This document shows, one piece after another, positions 26,987 through 37,083 of a stretch of DNA of 64,000 bases. The number at the start of each line of letters is the position of its first letter. The stretch's first letter is position 1. Source of the stretch: an uncultured virus (IMG/VR IMGVR_UViG_3300030382_003857) (Duplodnaviria > Heunggongvirae > Uroviricota > Caudoviricetes); the IMG/VR virus record IMGVR_UViG_3300030382_003857; one strand, written 5' to 3'. The translations under genes were made by a program, and so were the position numbers. The notes under the pieces were generated by a model that did no database searches, was not told where the DNA came from, and was given only the letters and a program-made list of their open reading frames with translations.

Positions 26987-28841
26987 ATCCCCATGAATCT
27001 CCTATTTTAGCATCGACTACAAAAGGTACTTTAAATTCTATACAGTTTTCCATAATAGTTTTAATTTGATCAATGTCTTTGTCGTGAACATTAAAACATA
27101 ATTCATCATGTATTTGTAAAATAGGTAAGTAGCCTGCATCTGCACAAGCTAACATCGCTTGTTTTGTTTGGTCAGCTGAAGAACCTTGAATTAAACGATT
27201 TAAAGCCTTGTAAGTAAAGGCTCTTTTAATATTATCTCGTCCATACTTAGCTACAGCATTATCAAATATCTCAGCAGTATGTATTCCAAAATCTTTAGGT
27301 TCCCATCTTTCAAATCTACATTTTCTACCTTTTTTTGTACGAATCACTCCTTTATCATTTGCGGTTTGCATACAACGATCGGATAGTAATTTTACAAAAG
27401 GTACTTTACGATTGTATTTAGAGATTAAAACATCAGCTTCTTCTTTAGAAACTCCTAATGATTGAGCTAATTTATTCTTACCCATTCCATACATCAATCC
27501 TAAGCCAATTGTTTTGGCTTGAACCCTTTCTATTCCTACTAAATCTGCTACTGTTTGGTGAAAATCGGCGCTAGCCTGTTGATAAGCATCTACCAATTCA
27601 TTACTTCCTTCATACCCATCACCGATTGAAGCTGCGTAGTGTACTGTCATTCGTGGCTCTTGTTGTGAATAATCAAAGGATCCCCACTTGTATCCTTTAT
27701 CAGGAATAAATAAAGATCTTATTAAGGGGCCAAATTCTTTATTCCGAGCCGGAACTTGTTGAAGGTTTGGATGGGACATACTTAATCGTCCTGAGACTGT
27801 TCCCCCATTGTCGGATCGAAGTTGATTTATTTCTGCATGTATTCTTCCATTGACCTGGTACTTCATGATAGAAGATAAGAACGTATTATGAAATTTATTT
27901 ATTTCCCTAGCCTGTACAATCAATTTTGCAATCTTATGTTTGCAATTAATCAACCAGTTTTGTGTAAATGACGGTTCACCAGATTTTGGAGTACGTGGAT
28001 ACTCAATCTTCAACTTATCAAAAGCTTTGGCGATCTGGCGTGCTGCCCAAATGTCTATATCTAGTCCTGATTCTTTTCGTATTCCCAACAATTTTTCTTT
28101 TTCTTGGGTCTGCATTTTTAGCCTTAATTTTTCAGCTAATTCTACCTCAACTCTTACACCTCGTTGACGCATTTTTATTAATACTGGGAGTAAGTTAGAT
28201 TCTAATTCCCATATAGTTCCTAAGCTTTGTTGAACTATTTCTTTTTTTAGTTGTTGCCACAAAAGGTACGTGAGTCGTGCATCTTGTTCCGCATAAAATC
28301 CAACATGTTCTGCAGGTAATTTCCACATTTCAGCTTTAGGATCTACTCCATGTTCTTTCGCTGCAATAATCAAATCGGTTTCTGCTTTAATCTCGCCTAA
28401 ATAATCTTTGGCTAAAGCATTAAGAGAATAAGAAAATCTATTTTCATCAACCAAGGCTGCCGCAACCATAGTATCAATAATATCTCCATTAACTTTGAAG
28501 CCTTCTTTTTCTAACCAACCTACATCGTATTGTGCATTATGAAAAATTTTAGGACAAGGTAATTCACAAATCTTTTTCATGTATTTTTTAACTTGAGAAG
28601 GAATCATGTTTCCACCACCAAAGTGAGCAAAAGGATAATAACCTTGCCAACCTTCTACTGCGACTGCAAATCCTATAATATTTCCTTTACCGGTTGCCCA
28701 ACCCGCACCGTGTCCGGAACTAATTCCTTCATCACGGGTTTCTAGATCAATGGCTATTTCTTTGGCGTGGGATAAGTCTTTATATTCAGCCGGGCACGAC
28801 CAAATATGTTTTTTAAAATTCATTGAAAGCTGTAAGCTCAT
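26976..28841 (-). CDS. polA: Family A DNA polymerase with 3'-5' exonuclease
   Basis: DLET, HNAQYD, DYSQQEPR (motif A), KTIGLGLMYG (B), QIHDEL (C). Confidence 0.95.
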   Translation of the reverse strand: MSLQLSMNFKKHIWSCPAEYKDLSHAKEIAIDLETRDEGISSGHGAGWATGKGNIIGFAVAVEGWQGYYPFAHFGGGNMIPSQVKKYMKKICELPCPKIFHNAQYDVGWLEKEGFKVNGDIIDTMVAAALVDENRFSYSLNALAKDYLGEIKAETDLIIAAKEHGVDPKAEMWKLPAEHVGFYAEQDARLTYLLWQQLKKEIVQQSLGTIWELESNLLPVLIKMRQRGVRVEVELAEKLRLKMQTQEKEKLLGIRKESGLDIDIWAARQIAKAFDKLKIEYPRTPKSGEPSFTQNWLINCKHKIAKLIVQAREINKFHNTFLSSIMKYQVNGRIHAEINQLRSDNGGTVSGRLSMSHPNLQQVPARNKEFGPLIRSLFIPDKGYKWGSFDYSQQEPRMTVHYAASIGDGYEGSNELVDAYQQASADFHQTVADLVGIERVQAKTIGLGLMYGMGKNKLAQSLGVSKEEADVLISKYNRKVPFVKLLSDRCMQTANDKGVIRTKKGRKCRFERWEPKDFGIHTAEIFDNAVAKYGRDNIKRAFTYKALNRLIQGSSADQTKQAMLACADAGYLPILQIHDELCFNVHDKDIDQIKTIMENCIEFKVPFVVDAKIGDSWGYAK

Positions 28842-29014
28842 TTGTTTTCCCTTTCTTTTTTATTTGCTAAAGATTGTTTATAGGAAGCCGTAAGTTCTTC
28901 CTGTTCTTTGTGTCCATATCTTTCTTCTTTGTTTTTTTTCTTCCATTTTTTAAAATTATCGTCAGCTGCTTTAATTGCATTATCAATTTGTTTTTGATTA
29001 GTAAAAATGCTCAC
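28838..29014 (-). CDS. 58-aa charged hypothetical protein
   Basis: Manual translation from GTG; coupled at both ends (GTGA, ATGA). Confidence 0.6.
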   Translation of the reverse strand: MSIFTNQKQIDNAIKAADDNFKKWKKKNKEERYGHKEQEELTASYKQSLANKKERENK

Positions 29015-29250
29015 GAATAATCTCTTTCTAGTATCATTTCTAAATAGTGAATTGCCTTTTTGACGTCTTCTTCCTTTCCTTTAATCGCATGTCTACAAAT
29101 ATATTTAATAGCATTCCCTTCAGCAAAAGGCAATTTATTTTCATTAATAAATTCCGCTGGCTGAATTTTCATATTTTTGTAGTGTTTGCCACCGACCTGC
29201 TTTTCTAAGGACGCATATGTTGTTCCTTTAAATAAATCTTTATGTGTCAT
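29011..29250 (-). CDS. DUF3310-like protein (T7 gp1.7-related family)
   Basis: QVGGKHY, EGNAIKYICR...KG..EDVKKAIHYL. Confidence 0.85.
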   Translation of the reverse strand: MTHKDLFKGTTYASLEKQVGGKHYKNMKIQPAEFINENKLPFAEGNAIKYICRHAIKGKEEDVKKAIHYLEMILERDYS

Positions 29251-29485
29251 AATGTATAAACCTATTTGAGTTTTGAATATTTAAGTTGTCGTTATATTCT
29301 TGTTTACAATAGTTTTTATGTTTGTTTTCATAATATTTTTTTCGTGCTTTTAACTTCACGGAAGGACGTTGGTAATATGCGTGATCCCAGGCTTTTCCTT
29401 TAACACTTTGTCTCCAACGTTTACGTGCAGCTTTTCTATTTTCTTTGTTTATTCTGTCAGCAATTTCTCGTGTAGCGTAGGTCAT
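29240..29485 (-). CDS. Basic hypothetical protein
   Basis: 81 aa, ATGA coupling. Confidence 0.6.
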   Translation of the reverse strand: MTYATREIADRINKENRKAARKRWRQSVKGKAWDHAYYQRPSVKLKARKKYYENKHKNYCKQEYNDNLNIQNSNRFIHYDT

Positions 29486-31125
29486 TTTTTTCTTTCCTGA
29501 ATATAAATTAAATAGTCAGATCCTAACGGATAGTTATACTTATAATCTGAGCTTAAAAGATGCAAGGTTTTTCTTGCCCTAGTTGCACCTGTGTACCAAA
29601 CTTTTTTCTCATTAGCTTTTTCTTGTTTAGATTTAGTATGATAGTTAGCAGGATAATTGGCTTTACTATACATCACAACATTTTCAGCTTCTCCTCCTTT
29701 TACAGAATGAAAAGTATCAATAATAATATAAGGATCCTTGTCTAATTCTTTTTGGCCATAACGTCTTAATAATCTAAGAAAGTAAATTGTTTGTCTTGGT
29801 GAAAAATTTCTTTTTAAAATCCACCACCATTGTTTTTTCTGAGCTGCTTGGGTCAAGTCTAAGCCACACCATTCAATAAGATAAGAAAAATTATATTCCC
29901 TTAAGTCAGGTTCATTGTTCCAAAATTTATCAGTTCGATAATCAGAATCTTTTAGTTCTCTAATATACTTATACATTTTCTGTGCTTGTCGTTTATCAAT
30001 TGTTTTTCCATTTGAAAGTCTTGTCCATGCTTTAATAGCTTCCCATTGATTTTGGTCAAAACATTTAGTTCCTTCATTATCCGAAAAATATAAACCAGCA
30101 TCTTTTGCTAACATTCTTAATTCGTTAACTGTATTGTTTACTCTTCCTAAAATATACCAACTTCCTTCTAATGAATGAAAAGGAATCTCTTTAAAATTTA
30201 AGTAACGCTTTACGTATCCTTCTTTTTTAGTATAGTCATATTCTTTTTCTTCGCTATCTAAAATCCCTCTTCTAATAATTTGAGAAAACTGATGAATAGC
30301 TTCACCAAATCTACGAGTTTTTCTTAACTTAACTTTTCTACCTGGAAAAAACGTAGTAAAATATTTAGGATCTGCTCCGTTCCATTTATAAATACCTTGG
30401 TCGTCATCACCTGCTAAATAAATTCTATCTATCTTAGCTGCCATTTTATAAACCACACTCCATTGAAGAGGAGTGCAATCTTGTGCTTCATCAAGAATTA
30501 AAACTTTTAAAGAAGGAAAATCAACTTCTTCAATTGCTCTTTCAATCATGTCATCAAAATCTATAAAGGATCGTTCTCCTCCTGATTTTTTATAGTGTTC
30601 ATAGGTTCTAATCTTTCTTAAAAAAACATCCAAGGTATCCTTTTTATAACTTTCATTTTTGTAAGTTTCTGTAGGCTGGGCTAACAAATTTCTAGACTTG
30701 CTATAAATTCCTAGAGACCAATCTTTATATGTAAAATTATCGTCTGCTAATCTACTATCACTTCGTTTGACAATTTTAGTTTGTAATGCAAAATCAATCA
30801 TACAATCTTTAGGATCAAAGACCTCTTCATTAAAATAACGTCTACAATATTTGTGAAGAGTTTTAAAACGTTCAAAATCTTTATCCGAATATTTTGGAAA
30901 AGCACTTAAAGCTCTTTCCATAGCAGTGTTAACAGCTTTGTTAGTAAAAGAAATAAAAGCAATTTGTTGAGGATTCACACCTTTACTAAGATATTTTTTA
31001 AGAACACGTTCAATTAAAGTATGGGTTTTTCCAGTTCCAGGTGGCCCAAATATTTTAATTGTCTTCCGGTAAAGGCTTTTCAGAGTTTTTAGTTCTGAAT
31101 TTGCCGGTATGGAATTCATCATCAA
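29482..31125 (-). CDS. SF1 (UvrD/Rep-like) helicase
   Basis: GPPGTGKT, DEAQD, GDDDQ, TFHSVKGGE, YTGATRA. Confidence 0.9.
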   Translation of the reverse strand: MMMNSIPANSELKTLKSLYRKTIKIFGPPGTGKTHTLIERVLKKYLSKGVNPQQIAFISFTNKAVNTAMERALSAFPKYSDKDFERFKTLHKYCRRYFNEEVFDPKDCMIDFALQTKIVKRSDSRLADDNFTYKDWSLGIYSKSRNLLAQPTETYKNESYKKDTLDVFLRKIRTYEHYKKSGGERSFIDFDDMIERAIEEVDFPSLKVLILDEAQDCTPLQWSVVYKMAAKIDRIYLAGDDDQGIYKWNGADPKYFTTFFPGRKVKLRKTRRFGEAIHQFSQIIRRGILDSEEKEYDYTKKEGYVKRYLNFKEIPFHSLEGSWYILGRVNNTVNELRMLAKDAGLYFSDNEGTKCFDQNQWEAIKAWTRLSNGKTIDKRQAQKMYKYIRELKDSDYRTDKFWNNEPDLREYNFSYLIEWCGLDLTQAAQKKQWWWILKRNFSPRQTIYFLRLLRRYGQKELDKDPYIIIDTFHSVKGGEAENVVMYSKANYPANYHTKSKQEKANEKKVWYTGATRARKTLHLLSSDYKYNYPLGSDYLIYIQERKK

Positions 31126-32647
31126 GCTCCGTAGTTGTTTTACTTGTATTAGTTGTCGTACTTTTTATATTTGTGTGATCTACAAAGTCAGGCATTTGAA
31201 CATACCAAATATTTTTTTCACCTTCATGATACTCATGTCTTTCACATCCTAAATAATGTAAAGCATCCATTGTATTATTAAAAACTTGCTTACGTTTCTT
31301 TAAATGATTTTCCAAAGTAGATTTTTTAAAATAACATATTTTAGTTTTGGAATCTAAAACTACATAGCCATCTTTTAATTTACTAAAATCATCTTCTTCA
31401 AGAGTTTCTTCAAAGAAAGCTTTTAAAATAATATATTTTTCTTCTTCTATAGTGTCGGTAAATTTTAATTTTTCATTTTCTACTGCTCGGTTTGTTAGTT
31501 CTTTTAATAATAATTCAAAGGCAGGTAGACCACCTTTAGCTTTGGGAAGAGTTAACCAAAAAATACCATATCGTAATAATCTAACACGCCAAGACTTTTC
31601 ATCTTTCATGTCTTCAGGTTGAACCGTGATCCGATGATCTTGATAATCGAAACTATAGAAAATAGTTTTAGGATCTCTAGTAAAAGCTATATTTTGAAAA
31701 TCATCAATCATATCCGGTACTTGAGGCCCAATACCCAGTTTTCTTAATTTACATAAATCTTTATTACAAATAGGACTAAGCTCTGAATGTTTTGGTGGAC
31801 ATTTATATTGATACCCTTTTGCTTTAACTGACTTGGCTACATTTTTAGCTTCTGAAATTTTCATTGGAGTAGCAAAGCATGCTTTATTTCGTTCAACCGC
31901 AACCTCTTGAAATGTTTTATTATCTATATTTCCTTCGCTCTTCTTATTTTCCAGCACCATAATATTAAAAAGAAAGTTATTTCGATTGTTTCCATGCCAA
32001 GGTTCTTGTATAAGTTTTTGTACACAAGGAGGGTACTGATTCCAATCCGTTTCCGGTTCATATGCTGTTGTTTTTAAATTATATAATTCTTGTATTGTTA
32101 ATGCTTTTGATTCTGCTAAATCTAGAAAACCTCCTATCATCAAAGGACTGGAGTTATCATCAAAGGCGTATTCTATTGTGGCATTCATGTTGTAGTATGG
32201 CATTGTTACTGCTTTATTCATGGGGAATACTTCATTAGCCATAAAGAATGTATTATTCCATTCATCTAATTTTTTTCTAATCTGCTGCACAGGTGCCCAA
32301 TCTTTTAAAAATAAAAATAAATGCAAACCCCCGGATTTTGATCGAACTGGAACTAAAGGAAGTTTATAATTTTTAATAATATCAATATATTTTTTGGAAG
32401 AATAATTTTTATAAGTGGAAGGATCAACATCAATACACCCCCATTTTGCTTTCTCATCTTTTTCAGGTCTTAAACCAATTCTAGTTTTACCTTCTAAATG
32501 TCTTTCCCACACTTTGGCTGTGACTTTTTGTTGGAGTGTAACGTACTCGGCTTGTTTTTTACCACGCTCATCGACCTCGCCGGTAAGCGAGGTCGTGATG
32601 AACTGGTCTAAATCGCCGTTAAAAAGATTTAGTAAACGTTTATGCAT
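31055..32647 (-). CDS. AEP-type primase(-polymerase)
   Basis: CIDVD, RSKSGGLH, PPC...RNNFLFN C-terminal domain, Cys cluster. Confidence 0.8.
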   Translation of the reverse strand: MHKRLLNLFNGDLDQFITTSLTGEVDERGKKQAEYVTLQQKVTAKVWERHLEGKTRIGLRPEKDEKAKWGCIDVDPSTYKNYSSKKYIDIIKNYKLPLVPVRSKSGGLHLFLFLKDWAPVQQIRKKLDEWNNTFFMANEVFPMNKAVTMPYYNMNATIEYAFDDNSSPLMIGGFLDLAESKALTIQELYNLKTTAYEPETDWNQYPPCVQKLIQEPWHGNNRNNFLFNIMVLENKKSEGNIDNKTFQEVAVERNKACFATPMKISEAKNVAKSVKAKGYQYKCPPKHSELSPICNKDLCKLRKLGIGPQVPDMIDDFQNIAFTRDPKTIFYSFDYQDHRITVQPEDMKDEKSWRVRLLRYGIFWLTLPKAKGGLPAFELLLKELTNRAVENEKLKFTDTIEEEKYIILKAFFEETLEEDDFSKLKDGYVVLDSKTKICYFKKSTLENHLKKRKQVFNNTMDALHYLGCERHEYHEGEKNIWYVQMPDFVDHTNIKSTTTNTSKTTTELDDEFHTGKFRTKNSEKPLPEDN

Positions 32648-33480
32648 TAAAACGGTACTGCCTGTTTAACTGACTGATTTGGTGCCTGATTTATTTCATC
32701 AGTAAAATTAACTTTACCAAAGATATCACTCTTCATAGCTGATTGGTAAAACTCTCGAGTTGCCTCTAAAGCTTTTAAATGAGTGTCAGTTGATAAGTAT
32801 TTATCAAATTCCACTATCCAACCATACCAAGAATTTTGTGAGTTTGATTCTTTAGTAGTAGTTAATCTATAAGATGTCGACCATGTTGGTGGTCGGAAGT
32901 ACCCTTTAGATCCTTGGATTCTTCTAGATTGCATCATCGAGTTCCAAGTTTTAGATTTTTTCTTTTGGGTAGACTTCATGGCAATCAATGCTTGTTCTAT
33001 TGGTAAATAATTTTTATCCAATAAAAAAACAAAATGATTACCGGTGTCTTCTATGTAGTTTCCATTAGGGAGTCTATCTTTATTATCGTCTCCTCTTTTG
33101 GTTTCACTCATAATACTGGGATCTGTATGTATTTTTACAGGTCTCCCAGGACTATCTCCTCTATCTTTCCATTCATTAAATGTATTAATGTAAAGACAAG
33201 GTACTACAAGTACACCTTCTTTTCCTTTCCACAAACTTCCAGTAACTTCATTATAGATGTCACCTTGTTTTGCGTTCGCGATATATTTACCATCACTTTC
33301 ATCTAATACCGGTGAATTGGCATAGAGAATTTTAAGTATTGGTAACTTTTGGTCACGAGCTGTTACAAACTCTTGACCTTGTCCTGCTGAAGATTCAAGA
33401 TCAATCTTTGCAGGAACTTTTGCATTAGTCTTTTTTTCTAGGTCTTTTGCCTGACCTTTTGCTTGTTGCGCTTGCTGCAT
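32647..33480 (-). CDS. Putative single-stranded DNA-binding protein
   Basis: Replication-module position; C-terminal ...VPF tail. Confidence 0.6.
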   Translation of the reverse strand: MQQAQQAKGQAKDLEKKTNAKVPAKIDLESSAGQGQEFVTARDQKLPILKILYANSPVLDESDGKYIANAKQGDIYNEVTGSLWKGKEGVLVVPCLYINTFNEWKDRGDSPGRPVKIHTDPSIMSETKRGDDNKDRLPNGNYIEDTGNHFVFLLDKNYLPIEQALIAMKSTQKKKSKTWNSMMQSRRIQGSKGYFRPPTWSTSYRLTTTKESNSQNSWYGWIVEFDKYLSTDTHLKALEATREFYQSAMKSDIFGKVNFTDEINQAPNQSVKQAVPF

Positions 33481-33483
33481 GTT

Positions 33484-34026
33484 TTACTCCTTCGTTGTTA
33501 TTTTAGTTTTATTTGCAACATAAACACCAAAAAGATCTGCCGGAACATTTTTACCATTTGTAATTTGTTCTCTTACAAATGCCTTTAATGTCATAGGCTC
33601 AACCTTTTCAGCTTGTTTAACATTATGACCTTTTTGACGTAAATCTTCAGCAACCGATTTTGCCTGGTTGTCTTGATTACGTCCGAAAGTAACCATAATA
33701 TTATTTTTAATTAAATCCCCATGCCCATTACCGCGAAGCCATGTAAATGCTTCTTCAGTTTTGGAAACAGGAATCTTCGCTGCGTAGTAAGGTTTTACTT
33801 CAACCGCGGAACCATCCGCGAGTTTGATAAAACTTATACCAGCCTGTTGCATTAAGTTTGGAATTGTTTGCTCAGAAAGTGTTGTTTCGGTTGCTTTCAA
33901 CTTTTTTAATTGTTCGTCAATCGCTTCCATTTGTTTCTGAGTTTCCAATAACTTATTGCAAGATTTTGCGATGTCGGAGGACATCGCAGTATCGACCTGT
34001 ATGACCGATTCTGCTTCTAAGTCCAT
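33484..34026 (-). CDS. Replication-module hypothetical protein
   Basis: AFTWLR..GHGDLIK, VEPMTLKAFVRE. Confidence 0.7.
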   Translation of the reverse strand: MDLEAESVIQVDTAMSSDIAKSCNKLLETQKQMEAIDEQLKKLKATETTLSEQTIPNLMQQAGISFIKLADGSAVEVKPYYAAKIPVSKTEEAFTWLRGNGHGDLIKNNIMVTFGRNQDNQAKSVAEDLRQKGHNVKQAEKVEPMTLKAFVREQITNGKNVPADLFGVYVANKTKITTKE

Positions 34027-34097
34027 AAGAACCTCCTGGGTTGGTCTTATAATTTATCTACTTGTTAATGTAAAGAAAAAAGTATAAAAAGAAAGTA

Positions 34098-35531
34098 ATG
34101 AATTTTTCGGAAATTTATGAAACCGATCCATTTAAGCACCAAGAGACCGCTTTAGAAGAAGGGTGGGATAAAACTAATTTTGCCTATTTTATGGAAATGG
34201 GAACAGGCAAAACAAAAGTTGCTATAGATAATGTAAGCTCTTTATATCACCAAAAGAAGATAAAACAAGCAGTAGTTGTAGCTCCTAATTCAGTATATTT
34301 GAATTGGTTTGATGAGATTCGGCTGCATTCGAAGTATTCCGCTGATATTTTTGTCTGGAAAAAAAGTAAAATAAAATTATTTAATAAATACCAATATAAT
34401 AATTTATTGTACGTTTTAATGAATGTAGAAGCTTTATCACATGCTAGTGGCGTTAAATTCTTGGGTGAATGGTTAAAAAAGCATGGAGATACTACGATGT
34501 TTATTCTTGACGAATCAACAACAATAAAAAACAAATCAGCACTACGAACAAAAGCAATTTGTAAATTAGGTAAATGGGCAAAATACCGCCGATTACTAAC
34601 AGGATCCCCAATAACAAAATCTCCATTAGACCTTTATACACAATGTGAGTTTTTAAGTAAAGATTTACTAGGTTTTAGTTCTTTTTATACTTATAGAAAT
34701 CATTATGCAGTTATGCACCCCATTCAAGTGCAAAATAGAACCATTCAAATACCTGTTAAATATATTAATTTAGAAGAGTTAGAGCATAAAATCAAAAGTT
34801 TTTCTTATCGGGTAACAAAAGATGTCTGTCTTGATTTACCAGAAAAACTATATATTGAACGAAAAATAGAATTAACTGGGGAACAAAAAAGAGTATACGA
34901 AAAATTAAGAAGAGAAGCTCGAGTTATTATTAATGATGATAAAGTTTCATTTGATAATAAACTAACGGAAATTATTAAATTACAGCAAGTGGTAAGTGGT
35001 TTTGTTAAAACAGATAAAGGAGAAATTACTGTTTTTGAAAACGATGCTAAATTAAAAGATCTCACACAGTTATTGGAGGAGGTAGAAGGTAAGTGTATAA
35101 TTTGGGCGACGTATGTACATAATATTAAGGTTATAAAGCAGATGATCGGGGAGAAATATGGAAAAGAGACCGTGGCTACCTTATACGGAGAAGACGATAT
35201 CGATAGTCGTAAACGCACTGTGGACGATTTTCAAAATAGTGATAGATTGCGTTTCCTCGTTGGTAATCCTACTGTTGGTGGTTACGGTCTCACCCTTACT
35301 GCTGCTAGGACTGTTATATATTACAATAATTCGTACAACATGGAGGTTCGTTATCAAAGTGAAGACCGTTGTCATAGAATTGGTCAAGCAAGAAACGTAA
35401 CTTATATAGATCTTTTAGGTTTGCATACTATTGATGAATTAATTAAAGCTTCTCTTCATCGTAAAATTTCTATCAGCCATCAAATTATGGGGGATAAACT
35501 TAAAAAGTATTTTAATGATCCGATGCCTTAA
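34098..35531 (+). CDS. SF2 (SNF2-like) helicase
   Basis: MGTGKT, DEST, TGSP, GLTLT, QSEDRCHRIGQ. Confidence 0.9.
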   Translation: MNFSEIYETDPFKHQETALEEGWDKTNFAYFMEMGTGKTKVAIDNVSSLYHQKKIKQAVVVAPNSVYLNWFDEIRLHSKYSADIFVWKKSKIKLFNKYQYNNLLYVLMNVEALSHASGVKFLGEWLKKHGDTTMFILDESTTIKNKSALRTKAICKLGKWAKYRRLLTGSPITKSPLDLYTQCEFLSKDLLGFSSFYTYRNHYAVMHPIQVQNRTIQIPVKYINLEELEHKIKSFSYRVTKDVCLDLPEKLYIERKIELTGEQKRVYEKLRREARVIINDDKVSFDNKLTEIIKLQQVVSGFVKTDKGEITVFENDAKLKDLTQLLEEVEGKCIIWATYVHNIKVIKQMIGEKYGKETVATLYGEDDIDSRKRTVDDFQNSDRLRFLVGNPTVGGYGLTLTAARTVIYYNNSYNMEVRYQSEDRCHRIGQARNVTYIDLLGLHTIDELIKASLHRKISISHQIMGDKLKKYFNDPMP

Positions 35532-36529
35532 TGAATGTTTTGGATTTATTTAGTGGAATAGGTGGATTTTCTGTTGGACTAGAACGTGCTGGGTTTAAAA
35601 CCATTGCTTTTTGTGAAATAGATAAATATTGTCAGGAAGTATTAAAACAGCATTGGAAGGGCGTTAAAATCTATAAGGATGTCAAAGAAGTTACCAAACA
35701 AAAACTTAAAGAAGACGGAATTGAGTCGCCAGCAATTATTACGGGTGGCGTTCCCTGTCAACCCTTTAGTGTCGCAGGAAGAAAAAAAGGAACTGCAGAC
35801 TCCAGATATCTCTGGCCAGAAATGTTTAGAATTATTAAAGATTTCAAAACTCCGTGGGTCATTATTGAGAATGTCAGAGGCCTTATTAGCATCCAAGACG
35901 GCATGGTCTTCGAACGTGTGTGCACTGACTTGGAAAGCCAAAACTACCAAGTACAAACGTTTAATATTCCAGCTGCAGGCGTCGGTGCTCCCCATAAAAG
36001 AGAAAGAGTCTGGGTGGTGGGCTACTCCGAACACAATGGATTACTTGCCCCCAAGATCAAAAGAAGGAACTATGAGGATGAGACAGACACACAAAAAGGG
36101 CAGAAGCAGACCTTCAAACCTACGAGAACAAGTAGACCCAACTACAATGAGATTATGGAGAACTCCAGACGCAGTAGCAGGAGGCAGCAATCTACCTGGA
36201 ATAAAAAAAGCCCTGGATCAGGGACATCTCAAGAGACCGAGTGGTCAACCGATTCAAATAAGATTACACGATCAAATAAGAGAGCCAAGACTATGGCCGA
36301 CACCGAGAGCATCCAATCCAGGAAGTCGCCCGAATCAAAAAGGTGGGAAGATACTTCAAGAAGAAGCGAAAAAAAGTCAGCCCACAATTGGTGGAACGTT
36401 GAACCCAGTGTGGGTAGAGTGGTTAATGGGGTTCAAGGAAGGACACACCGACTTAAAGGATTGGGAAATGCTATTATCCCGCAAATCGCGGAAGAAATTG
36501 GCAATGCCATCATCAAAGCAGAAGGATAA
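35531..36529 (+). CDS. C5-cytosine DNA methyltransferase, catalytic (alpha) frame
   Basis: FSGIGG (I), PCQPFS (IV), ENV (VI), PHKRER (VIII), LGNAI (X). Confidence 0.9.
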   Translation: MNVLDLFSGIGGFSVGLERAGFKTIAFCEIDKYCQEVLKQHWKGVKIYKDVKEVTKQKLKEDGIESPAIITGGVPCQPFSVAGRKKGTADSRYLWPEMFRIIKDFKTPWVIIENVRGLISIQDGMVFERVCTDLESQNYQVQTFNIPAAGVGAPHKRERVWVVGYSEHNGLLAPKIKRRNYEDETDTQKGQKQTFKPTRTSRPNYNEIMENSRRSSRRQQSTWNKKSPGSGTSQETEWSTDSNKITRSNKRAKTMADTESIQSRKSPESKRWEDTSRRSEKKSAHNWWNVEPSVGRVVNGVQGRTHRLKGLGNAIIPQIAEEIGNAIIKAEG

Positions 36530-36539
36530 AAGTGAGTAA
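35679..36539 (+). CDS. Overlapping +1-frame methyltransferase partner (beta) with target-recognition-like repeats and motif IX
   Basis: 286 stop-free codons; three WxTP repeats; LNPVWVEWLMGF. Confidence 0.7.
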   Translation: MSKKLPNKNLKKTELSRQQLLRVAFPVNPLVSQEEKKELQTPDISGQKCLELLKISKLRGSLLRMSEALLASKTAWSSNVCALTWKAKTTKYKRLIFQLQASVLPIKEKESGWWATPNTMDYLPPRSKEGTMRMRQTHKKGRSRPSNLREQVDPTTMRLWRTPDAVAGGSNLPGIKKALDQGHLKRPSGQPIQIRLHDQIREPRLWPTPRASNPGSRPNQKGGKILQEEAKKSQPTIGGTLNPVWVEWLMGFKEGHTDLKDWEMLLSRKSRKKLAMPSSKQKDKSE

Positions 36540-37041
36540 AGGTCATTTAAATCTTTTAGCTGCCCATAATACTTACGGAAAAAGAAAGACATTGAGAATG
36601 GAGTATATTAGAACTCCAAAAGAAATATGGAAAAATTTATCTCAAGAATTTAATTTTACCGTTGATGCGTGTGCTTCTGATAAAAGTCATTTAGTTGATA
36701 AGTATTGGACGAAAGAAAATTCAGCCTTAACTAAAAATTGGGATGGAGAGATTGTTTATTGTCATCCCATGTATGATATGAAGATTCCTAAATTTGTTAA
36801 AAAGGCTTTTGATCATAAATGTCTTACAGTTTTTTTACTACCAGCTTCTACTAATAGTGTATACTTTCATACTTATTTTTGGGATGAGCATACTCACAGA
36901 TCTAGAAAGAATGTACAAATTCGATTTTTACCCGTAATCGATCGACAGCTTGGGTATTTAATGGCAACTGACGATGGTAAGCTACCTAAGAGAGGATACT
37001 TAAGACCTTTAATGATTGTAAGGGTAGATACTAGATATTAG
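36532..37041 (+). CDS. Phage Dam-family N6-adenine methyltransferase-like protein
   Basis: RTPKE, FTVDACAS, W.GE.VYCHPMY (NPPY variant), FLLPAST. Confidence 0.7.
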   Translation: MSKGHLNLLAAHNTYGKRKTLRMEYIRTPKEIWKNLSQEFNFTVDACASDKSHLVDKYWTKENSALTKNWDGEIVYCHPMYDMKIPKFVKKAFDHKCLTVFLLPASTNSVYFHTYFWDEHTHRSRKNVQIRFLPVIDRQLGYLMATDDGKLPKRGYLRPLMIVRVDTRY

Positions 37042-37083
37042 TATGGGAGATAATGGGATAAGAAGTTTTACCCCTAAAAAATT

